Source: Candidatus Moraniibacteriota bacterium (GTDB lineage Bacteria; Patescibacteriota; Minisyncoccia; Moranbacterales; GCA-2747515). Taken from it: a stretch of DNA of 64,000 bases. A model generated the notes under the pieces. That model was not told the origin of the DNA, made no database searches, and was given only the letters and a program-made list of their open reading frames with translations. The stretch covers positions 13,977 through 77,976 of the forward strand of contig JBBQZC010000001.1 in assembly GCA_038208115.1 (NCBI GenBank), written 5' to 3'. Shown piece by piece: positions 10,133 through 18,002 of the stretch (positions are counted from its first letter, which is position 1; each line of letters starts with the position of its first letter). A program made the translations under genes and the position numbers.

Positions 10133-10678
10133 TTATTCCGTTCTGGTATCTAGAGCAGTTACTTTTTGATCACGCTCTTTGTCAGCTTCTGGATCACTAA
10201 AACTTTTATCCTCCGTGTCGTTAGAGTTGTCTGGTGTTAAGTTCTGGTCCGATTCAGTGATTTGACTACCATCATTTGCCTGATCGACGTCGACACTATT
10301 TAGATTATTTTCTTCATCTGGCGTATCTACATCGGGATGGATAGGGTCTTCCGTCTCACTCGGCAAGTCAGTATCGGGACTACTTGACAAATCTTCTACA
10401 GCCACATCAAAGACAGTTACAGTATCATTTGGAGTTTCTTTTTGCGTAGAAATCTCCTCCACATCACCAAGCAGCAAATTACCGTCTTCACGAACTTCGC
10501 GTAAGAGTGCACCCTCTTCCGTCCACGTGGAAGCGATAAAAAAATTTTCTGAGGATTTTTCTTTATCAACAAAAATGGCATTCGTGCCACTGATACGATT
10601 TGCATTCATCATCAAAAAAACCAAAAACATGGCAAAGGAAATTTTTTTTATTGATTTAAAAATTGTTTTCATGATCAT
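10133..10678 (-). CDS. Small acidic secreted protein with a SipW-cognate-type signal peptide
   Basis: N-terminus MIMKTIFKSIKKISFAMFLVFLMMNANRISGTNAIFVDKEKSSENFFIAS resembles the TasA/SipW-cognate signal class. The rest is D/E/T/P-rich. Confidence 0.55.
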   Translation of the reverse strand: MIMKTIFKSIKKISFAMFLVFLMMNANRISGTNAIFVDKEKSSENFFIASTWTEEGALLREVREDGNLLLGDVEEISTQKETPNDTVTVFDVAVEDLSSSPDTDLPSETEDPIHPDVDTPDEENNLNSVDVDQANDGSQITESDQNLTPDNSNDTEDKSFSDPEADKERDQKVTALDTRTE

Positions 10679-10682
10679 ATGT

Positions 10683-11423
10683 TTACAAACCCATCCTTCT
10701 CCTCGCTTTTATTATTTTTTCTGGAACGATCTCTGTATTTTTGAAAGTAGCTTCCTGCGCTCTACTTTCGCCCGTGTAACGAAAATACTCTTCTTTGAGG
10801 GGATAAAATTCATCAAATTCCTGAATTCTACTTTTTCCCGTGAATCGGATAGGTTCTTTTTTGAGAGGATGAAATTCCTCCAGAATCTCGCTTTTTCTCT
10901 TTCTCCTTTTGTAGCTCTTCACTATTTCATCCTTAATATTCTTGATCTCTTCGTAAATAATTACCACTGCTGGAATGATCACGAGAAGAATGAATCCTGG
11001 CATCGTACGTGCATATCCAATCGGATAACCGATGTATGGGATTATGAAAATTTCTTTGCCGACAACATTACTTTGACTGGTCATCTCACCGTCCACATCC
11101 TCATTGGCATCACCCTTGGTTTTATATGAGATCTTTCCATTATCATTATTTATAGAAACAATGCGATGTGTAATCGTCACTTTCGAATCATTGGTTGCGC
11201 GAGTCACGATGTCACCGACATTATAGTTAGACATGGATTTCACAAAAATAAGACTGCCTGTATGTATCGTCGGTTCCATGGATCCAGATTGTACTGTATA
11301 AACCTTATAATTCCCTTTGATGGGTAAGAAAGTTATCACTATCAAAGCGAGGAATGACAAAATCACTACCCATATAAAACTTCCTATTATTTTGATGATC
11401 TTTGCTGTCATATCTTTTTTCAC
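10683..11423 (-). CDS. sipW: Signal peptidase I, SipW type (archaeal/eukaryotic-like S26B)
   Basis: N-terminal TM, then SGSMEPTIHTGSLIFV (catalytic Ser box) and GDIVT...ITHRIV (His box); C-terminal TM and basic tail. Adjacent to TasA-like genes. Confidence 0.8.
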   Translation of the reverse strand: MKKDMTAKIIKIIGSFIWVVILSFLALIVITFLPIKGNYKVYTVQSGSMEPTIHTGSLIFVKSMSNYNVGDIVTRATNDSKVTITHRIVSINNDNGKISYKTKGDANEDVDGEMTSQSNVVGKEIFIIPYIGYPIGYARTMPGFILLVIIPAVVIIYEEIKNIKDEIVKSYKRRKRKSEILEEFHPLKKEPIRFTGKSRIQEFDEFYPLKEEYFRYTGESRAQEATFKNTEIVPEKIIKARRRMGL

Positions 11424-11444
11424 TTATATTTCACATTATTGGTG

Positions 11445-12518
11445 TCAAAACCAATGATACTTTTCATGTGCACACTTTTTGTTTACACACGCATCATGTG
11501 TCTTTGGATTTTTGTCATCACAATCATCTTTTCCTCGACACGATGGATGCACACAATCATTGTTGACGATCCCATCGCAATCATTGTCCACATAATCATC
11601 ACAAATTTCCTCAACTGGCAGTACTTCACCTTTGCACTTTCCCCAACGTCCATCACGAGTACACGTCTCCAGACCGCTCCGACAACTACCAATATCTTTT
11701 GTGGTAGAATTGCCAGAATAACACGCACGTGTCGACCGTGGGACACATTTATCCGTATCACCTACAGTGATATCAGCACATCGAAAACTCTTATTTTTAT
11801 CTGACTGTTTAGCATAAAACTCAATATCAGCCTTATACGAATCGGTTTGTATGATGTTGCCGACAGAATCCAAAACAGTCCAACTGACTCCGAGATAGTA
11901 ATCTTTATTTTGTGTGAGTGGTCCGATATTTCCGCTAAAGACATTTGTATTTTCGCTATCCGCCAAAGGCAGTATAAGTGTTTGGAGAGGTCCTGTCCCG
12001 CTAGTTAATAACTGATCACAGTTAGGCTGATAAATATTATCGCCTGGTTTCACATGATTTTTTTTACAGACATCAGCCCACACTGTGAAATTGAGATTTT
12101 GTGCCAACTCTCCATCCCATGCATTAGAATTATTTTCTGCATCATCCTCGAGCAATTCCGGCTCGACAGAACTTATATCATCATTTTCTGTTGGGCGGAT
12201 GATCGCACAACCCCATGCGTCCTGATTTTTGAGATGTAAGCTAATTGTTCCCTCTCCCCAATCACCTGGTTTTACATCATCAAAGTTAAAAAACTTTTGA
12301 TGTGTAAGATCTTTTTGTCTCCAGTGTCCAGCATTTGGATTCCCATCTACATCCTTGTTATAATAACCAGCATAATCGATTTCCAAATCGAGTTTCTTCT
12401 TGGAGTATGTGTTCCAAATCGGCTCCTGACCCTGTACAAAACAAGCATATGCCTCATAGCCACCCATCGTTGCGATGATTGCTATGATAATAAGACTTTT
12501 GTAAAAACGCTTTAACAT
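11445..12518 (-). CDS. Secreted TasA/camelysin-like domain protein with a cysteine-rich C-terminal metal-binding-like module
   Basis: Signal peptide. FNFDDVKPGDWGEGTISLHLKNQDAWG is shared with the two downstream paralogs and resembles the TasA core LSNLKPGD. The C-terminus has CxxC...DNDCDG...C repeats. Confidence 0.55.
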   Translation of the reverse strand: MLKRFYKSLIIIAIIATMGGYEAYACFVQGQEPIWNTYSKKKLDLEIDYAGYYNKDVDGNPNAGHWRQKDLTHQKFFNFDDVKPGDWGEGTISLHLKNQDAWGCAIIRPTENDDISSVEPELLEDDAENNSNAWDGELAQNLNFTVWADVCKKNHVKPGDNIYQPNCDQLLTSGTGPLQTLILPLADSENTNVFSGNIGPLTQNKDYYLGVSWTVLDSVGNIIQTDSYKADIEFYAKQSDKNKSFRCADITVGDTDKCVPRSTRACYSGNSTTKDIGSCRSGLETCTRDGRWGKCKGEVLPVEEICDDYVDNDCDGIVNNDCVHPSCRGKDDCDDKNPKTHDACVNKKCAHEKYHWF

Positions 12519-12564
12519 AACTTCTTTTTAATCAGGAGATTATATTTTGTCATTTGCTCTTTGG

Positions 12565-13932
12565 TTAGGCTCCATCAAACCCAACTGGGTTGTTCTCATA
12601 TTGTTCAATTTCAAAAGTAATATCTGATTCAAATATATCTGTTTGTGCTTCATTACCCGTATCAGATGGCAATTCCCAACCGATGCCAAAATAGTAGGTC
12701 ACGCCAGAAGTCATGTGACCGTCCGCCGTAATTCCAGTAGCGAGGACATTTCCATTATCTGCATATGCTGCGAGAATTGCATCTGTAATAAGCCATTCTT
12801 CTCCACCAGCATCGACCGCACCTGGTTCGATGAGTACTATTTCTCCATCTTGCTTGATGTTGTCACCCTCACCGATGTCATTTCCCTTACCTTGAAAACC
12901 AGCCGTCACACCAGAATCCAGCCATACCTGAAAATCCAAATTTTCCCGAAGTTCACCCTTACCATCAGTACATGCGCTCCCCTCCGCTTCTTCTTCTGGA
13001 TCTACACAGGTACCATCTTCATCTTGCGTCACATCTACCACCATTTTTCCCCACGCGTCTCCATTGCTAATATGCAGACTGACAGTATTTTCTCCCACAT
13101 CACCAGGTTTTATGTCACCAAAATTGAAGAGTTTGTTAGTAGGCCCAAGATCAGTCATTGTCCACGTATTGTCACAACTCACACCATCGAGATCTTGAAC
13201 TGTAGACTCCGGACAATTCATCTCATGGATATCAACATTATCCAAAAACATGCCTAATTGATCATCTACTCCTGTTTCTTCAAAAATTATTTTTACTGTA
13301 CCCACAGTTGGTCCCGTGATAATCTGCGAAAATGAAGTCCATACAAAAGGATCGACTGAGGACAGAGAGGCATCAAGAATCACCGAATTGTCAAAAGTAA
13401 CTTTCAATTTGTTATCGTCGTGACCTGGTCGTGGTGCATATTTAAATGATATTAAATATTTTCCACTAGAGACTGCGCTGATATCCTGTGATAATTTAAC
13501 TGGGTAAAAACTATCCAATTCTACATATTGATTTCCATCAAATGCAGTAGAACCCAGGCTGATGTCATTTTCCTGATATTCCAAACCTTCAACATCTCCA
13601 GGCCCAGGCGTTCCTTCGACGATCCACGGTGCGATATCACCTCCTGAAAATATCTGCCAATGATCTGTATTATCAACATCAGGATCTTCAAAACTGCCAT
13701 TTGAGACCAAATTATCACCTACTGTCTCACAACTGGACTCATCAACCCATACTCCATCTTGACAGACGAAGCCATTATAATGTGCGGTACTGTCCACCTC
13801 CAAATCCAAACTATCAGCCATAAAAGTATTGCCTGTGGACGTCTCTGCATCTGAGAAAAAAGACCACGTAGCGCCAGAGGCAATCGCACCGACTACAGTC
13901 ACGATCGCCATACTTTTAAATATTTTTTTCAT
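12565..13932 (-). CDS. Secreted TasA/camelysin-like protein with SipW-cognate signal peptide
   Basis: N-terminus ...GATWSFFSDAETSTGNTFMADSLDLEV (SipW-cognate class). Core FNFGDIKPGDVGENTVSLHISNGDAWG. Confidence 0.6.
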   Translation of the reverse strand: MKKIFKSMAIVTVVGAIASGATWSFFSDAETSTGNTFMADSLDLEVDSTAHYNGFVCQDGVWVDESSCETVGDNLVSNGSFEDPDVDNTDHWQIFSGGDIAPWIVEGTPGPGDVEGLEYQENDISLGSTAFDGNQYVELDSFYPVKLSQDISAVSSGKYLISFKYAPRPGHDDNKLKVTFDNSVILDASLSSVDPFVWTSFSQIITGPTVGTVKIIFEETGVDDQLGMFLDNVDIHEMNCPESTVQDLDGVSCDNTWTMTDLGPTNKLFNFGDIKPGDVGENTVSLHISNGDAWGKMVVDVTQDEDGTCVDPEEEAEGSACTDGKGELRENLDFQVWLDSGVTAGFQGKGNDIGEGDNIKQDGEIVLIEPGAVDAGGEEWLITDAILAAYADNGNVLATGITADGHMTSGVTYYFGIGWELPSDTGNEAQTDIFESDITFEIEQYENNPVGFDGA

Positions 13933-13975
13933 AAAGCGTATATTATTAATTATATTTTAAAATTAAAATCTTTAT

Positions 13976-14005
13976 CCTCTCGCTCAGAAAAAATTGAGCG
14001 AGAGT
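13976..14005 (-). terminator. Intrinsic terminator hairpin after the 14027..15439 gene
   Basis: CCTCTCGCTCAgaaaaaatTGAGCGAGAG: a perfect 10-bp stem in an AT-rich context just 3' of the stop. Confidence 0.5.
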
Positions 14006-14026
14006 AAAAAGTATTAATAAAATACT

Positions 14027-15439
14027 TTAATTTGAGAAATCTGAGATTTCCCCATTAAAATCAATCCAATCGACATATCCAGTATCACCAGATGGTCCAG
14101 GCTGTCCAACGCGAACACCCAACCATGAATCAGTTGAACGTGTTTCGGCATTTGGATAATCCGCAAGGATTTGTGCCCATGTCTTGACTGTTGTTCCAGG
14201 AGTCGTACCTGTAACATCAACTAATCCAATTGGCCAAGTTGCACCCGAATAAGTCCATGAACCTGTAAGTGCATCTACAGTTGTCCACGTATTTGATACT
14301 AGACCAACAGGGACCTGGACAAGTCTTTTTTGCCAAATGTCAGTGTTATTGAAGTCGATATTGAAATTAAGGAATGGCGTGCCGTTCGAAGAATCAATGT
14401 CGTATATACGATATTTAAGAGAAGTTATACCAGACAATTTAACATCATTGTAGCGATAGGTTGCGATGTTGTAACGAGGATTGACACCGCTATCCAAAGT
14501 CATTTGTGCTGCTCCCGTAGATCCCGGACCAGCAACTATGTCATCAATGCCTGCAGTACCGCTAAACTGATTGATTGACATGATTGTGTCATTGGTATCA
14601 TTGTAGAAAAACCATCTGCCGCTTGTTTTTGCTGAAACCAGACTACTAGATTCTATATCATTAGCAGTTATCCCATTATTTCTTGGGGCCGGACAAGCAA
14701 AGTTGTCATTATTTCTCGCTTGTTCAATGTAGAACCAAACATCACCAATTAATGAATCGGATTGCGAAATATTTGTCACAGCCGAACCACTACAATTCAG
14801 GGTTCCGTTTTCAATTCCACTGATTGTTCCATAGCACCAATACAATCCCAGATATTTAGTAGTTGCACCAGTCAGTGTTCCCAAATCATAAGCCTTACCA
14901 GACAAAACATCACTAGCTGGTCCAAAAAATGGATTTGCAAATAAAGGATATTCTCCTGATTCCCAGATATTGTCACCATCAAGATCATCCCAAGCAAAAA
15001 CATTAAGTTCCTGTGCCAACTCTCCTTGGCCTATCCCACCAGTCGTGTCAAATTTGCTTTCTGGTTCAGTAATCCCGTTGTCATCACTTTTCATCTTGTC
15101 AAAAATAACACAAGCTCTCGCGTCATTATTTATAACATGAAGACTTATTGTATTTTCACCCTCGTCCCCTGGCTTTAAATCAGCAAAATCGAAAAACTTT
15201 TGATTTGTGATATCAACACCTGGACTATCTTGACCCCATGTTCCCGCTGGATACGAAGCTCCATTATACGTTGCTTGACTATCAACCTTCAAATCAATTG
15301 AACCAGCCGTAAAATTGTTTCCAGTAGATGTTTCCGTATCACTAAAGAATGAATACGTTCCGTACCCTGCAATCGCAGCGACAGATAGTACGATTAGTCC
15401 GCTTTTGATCATTTTTTTCATAATTTTTTGTTCCCTCAC
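14027..15439 (-). CDS. Secreted TasA/camelysin-like protein with SipW-cognate signal peptide
   Basis: N-terminus ...AGYGTYSFFSDTETSTGNNFTAGSIDLKV. Core FDFADLKPGDEGENTISLHVINNDARA. The likely true start is MKKMIKS (about 15421), with a GAGGGA SD. Confidence 0.6.
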   Translation of the reverse strand: MREQKIMKKMIKSGLIVLSVAAIAGYGTYSFFSDTETSTGNNFTAGSIDLKVDSQATYNGASYPAGTWGQDSPGVDITNQKFFDFADLKPGDEGENTISLHVINNDARACVIFDKMKSDDNGITEPESKFDTTGGIGQGELAQELNVFAWDDLDGDNIWESGEYPLFANPFFGPASDVLSGKAYDLGTLTGATTKYLGLYWCYGTISGIENGTLNCSGSAVTNISQSDSLIGDVWFYIEQARNNDNFACPAPRNNGITANDIESSSLVSAKTSGRWFFYNDTNDTIMSINQFSGTAGIDDIVAGPGSTGAAQMTLDSGVNPRYNIATYRYNDVKLSGITSLKYRIYDIDSSNGTPFLNFNIDFNNTDIWQKRLVQVPVGLVSNTWTTVDALTGSWTYSGATWPIGLVDVTGTTPGTTVKTWAQILADYPNAETRSTDSWLGVRVGQPGPSGDTGYVDWIDFNGEISDFSN

Positions 15440-15619
15440 ATTTTTTTATCTTTTTTCTTTTGTTGAAGTGAAAAAGTGTGAAGAAATAATTTATTAATTA
15501 ATTAATTTTCGCCACCACACATCGCATTGCGATCATTTGGTGAATATTTCGGACATTTTAGGTAGTCCGACACCTTCGACCTTTTGTGACTCATGCTTTC
15601 ACATTTTTTCTACTAAATT

Positions 15620-15926
15620 AAAAAGCCAATGGAATCTCACCAGTTCAACTGATGAGATAACATTGGCTTTTTAATACAAATGTTAATTTTGTTATGGTAC
15701 ATTCACCCGTAATTAATTTAATAAACATAAAAACCGACTTAAACCAAGAGAGTAAAAACTCTCTGACTCTAAGCCGGTTTTGCTATTTGACTCCCCACAC
15801 GCTCATTAGCAACCAATAGTTTCTGAACTTCATGAAACTCTTGCGTATGGATCAATGTCTCTTAAATAATTTTAAAATCACTCTGTTTTAAAATTTTATC
15901 ATAGGTTGTTAATTCATACAAATCAA
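15620..15926 (-). ncRNA. Structured leader RNA, copy B (promoter, conserved core, terminator hairpin 1, second strong hairpin), 5' of a TasA-like gene
   Basis: Minus strand: TTGATT-17-TATGAT (plus 15921-15926 and 15898-15903). Core UUAAGAGACAUUGAUCCAUACGC...UUGGUUGCUAAUGAGCGUGUGGGGAGUCAAAUAGCAAAACCGG. Hairpin plus U-run at plus 15720-15775. Second hairpin with flanking A and U tracts at plus 15620-15672. Confidence 0.55.
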
Positions 15927-16156
15927 GTTATGCACATGTTATGCACTTTTCTCATTTTCTTTTTTTTCGTTTCTCAAATACGCCCGCATTTTCGCTAAAA
16001 AAAATGATGTAATATACATCATTATTTTATCTCATATTATTTTTGCTAATATATATTCACATTTTGTGTGAAAGTACGATTTATATAAAAATCAATCCCT
16101 TCTGGAATTGACACGACGTGATATTTTATTCTTCTAGAGTAAACTGATATATATAC

Positions 16157-16492
16157 TCAAATATCACTCTTATCTTGCGTATTTTTGATTCTTTTGATCC
16201 CTCTCATCCCCAATATAATCAAACAAATAATAAGAATTTTTAAGAAATAGTGTCCACCCAGATCAATAAAATTCCGAGTCAAAGGTGTAATATGACCAAC
16301 AGCAATATGGATGACGATGCTCATGGGCAAAGTCAAAAATATCCAATTTCGTTTGGGTATGTGGATACCACATTTTTTAAATATCCACGACAGCAGCGGG
16401 GAAAGCATAAGAACTCCCAAAAAAGCCAGTGCGAGATCAAACACAGCAAATTCAAATATGCGAAATTGTCTGAGAAATTCTATTGAAATCAT
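16157..16492 (-). CDS. Small integral membrane protein (hypothetical)
   Basis: 111-aa ORF with 3-4 hydrophobic helices and a His-rich HIAVGH stretch. Confidence 0.35.
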   Translation of the reverse strand: MISIEFLRQFRIFEFAVFDLALAFLGVLMLSPLLSWIFKKCGIHIPKRNWIFLTLPMSIVIHIAVGHITPLTRNFIDLGGHYFLKILIICLIILGMRGIKRIKNTQDKSDI

Positions 16493-16776
16493 AATTTTAT
16501 TGAGTACGTAATTTCGTTATACACAGTTTTTTTCTTTTCAATTTTCGACTTACCCACACTAGATTATCTAAGGACACACTACCACACAATCACAGTAATA
16601 CAAAAAAAACACTTATGCACATTTTTATGTACCAGTGTTTCTCCTGGCACTATTTCACTTTCATTCACTTTTTTTTGTTCAGTAACGTGTTACGTAACAT
16701 ATTTTGATAGAGAGAATTTTTTTAAAAAACCAGACTAATCATTTCACTCAGACAATGTTTGATACATATAAACCGA

Positions 16777-17358
16777 CTATCTCATAATCTCATGAAGCAA
16801 CTCTGGAAATGTACTCGTACCCAATTCGCTTGTTCTATAGTGCCCTTTTCCTGTCAATTCGATTACTCGACCGCCTAGTGCATCATGGAAGATTTCCACG
16901 CTCTTTTTACCATCCTCACTTTCATCGTCTGCAGTAAAAATGACAATATCCTCCACTCTCTTTGTAATGGCTGTGTCTATATCATATGTATAAAAAGATA
17001 CTCTTCCACTATCGTCTTTATTGGCTATTTTCCATGGTGCTACAAGGATAAGTTTTGCTATGCTTCGTTGGGATTCTCCCAGCCAACGGACCAAAAAAGC
17101 ACATGCGCAACTGTGTCCGACGAGAATCGTTTTTTCATTAACATCATATTGTTGTAATTTTGTTTTAAATTTTTCATAATCAGGCGCCCATGAAAAAGGC
17201 ATCAGAGGTGCGTCTGCCATTATACTCTCTTTTATCAATTCTTCTTTTATCCACATAGTCCAATGATTTTCTGCAGTTCGTTGCGTCAGTTGTATGGCAT
17301 TCTCTTGATCATATTCGCAACCATGTATAATAATGCAGTTTTTTTGTGAATGAATCAT
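16777..17358 (-). CDS. Alpha/beta-fold serine hydrolase (YdeN/RBBP9-like esterase)
   Basis: About 190 aa with a nucleophile elbow ILVGHSCAC (GHSxG-like) and a C-terminal GKGHY. Confidence 0.55.
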   Translation of the reverse strand: MIHSQKNCIIIHGCEYDQENAIQLTQRTAENHWTMWIKEELIKESIMADAPLMPFSWAPDYEKFKTKLQQYDVNEKTILVGHSCACAFLVRWLGESQRSIAKLILVAPWKIANKDDSGRVSFYTYDIDTAITKRVEDIVIFTADDESEDGKKSVEIFHDALGGRVIELTGKGHYRTSELGTSTFPELLHEIMR

Positions 17359-17482
17359 ATTATTTGATAATATTTATTTAATCGAATAAAAAAAACAGTT
17401 TTAGCATCACCACTGGAGTGGCTTCCGTAATATTTGTGCAGATTCTCGAGACTGTTTGTTCAGATTTTCTCTCATGAATTTA

Positions 17483-17791
17483 AAAAGACCATGGCATCCC
17501 ACCAGTTAAAAACTGGTGGGATAGCATTGGCTTTTTAATGCAAATGTTAATTTTTTATGATACATTCACCCACATTTTTAATATTATAAAAATAAAAACC
17601 GACCTAAACCGAGAGAATATATGTTCTCTGGTTCTAAGCCGGTTTTGCTATTTGACTCCCCACACGCTCATTAGCAACCAATAGTTTCTGAACTTCATGA
17701 AACTCTTGCGTATGGATCGATGTCTCTTAAGTAATTTTAAAAAAACTTTGTTTCTTAATTATATCATAGCTTATTTATTCATACAAATCTA
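17483..17791 (-). ncRNA. Structured leader RNA, copy C (near-identical to copy B), 5' of the hydrolase gene
   Basis: Minus strand: TAGATT-17-TATGAT (plus 17786-17791 and 17763-17768). The same core as B with 3 substitutions. Terminator hairpin at plus 17594-17650. Second hairpin at plus 17483-17537, with the stem covarying relative to B (CCCACCAG/CUGGUGGG versus CUCAUCAG/CUGGUGAG). Confidence 0.55.
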
Positions 17792-18002
17792 GTTATTCAC
17801 ATGTTATGCACTTTTTTCATTTTCTTTTTTTTGTTTTCTCAAATACACTCGCATTTTCGCTAAAAAAACGATTACGATCACAGCAGGCCACCACCACAGA
17901 CCCTCATTTCCATATTGTGACCACAACCAAAGAGATGCGGAAATCGCAAGTATTGGCACCGCCCACATACGCACATTTCTTTTGATTTTTTCCATTTGTA
18001 CT

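Noticed and set aside
15620-15926. Assigning the leader RNA family to the GEMM c-di-GMP riboswitch class
   Set aside because: - The regulated genes fit c-di-GMP biology.
- But I cannot recognise the GEMM-I/II consensus (GNRA-tetraloop/receptor P1-P2, ACGCA.AGC) in the core.
- Class left open.
17804-17995. 63-aa small membrane ORF between the 887-aa surface protein gene and leader copy C
   Set aside because: - Its 3' third overlaps the block duplicated with region 15960-16020, where no equivalent ORF exists.
- Could be real (TM helix, W-rich) but unsupported, so left unannotated.
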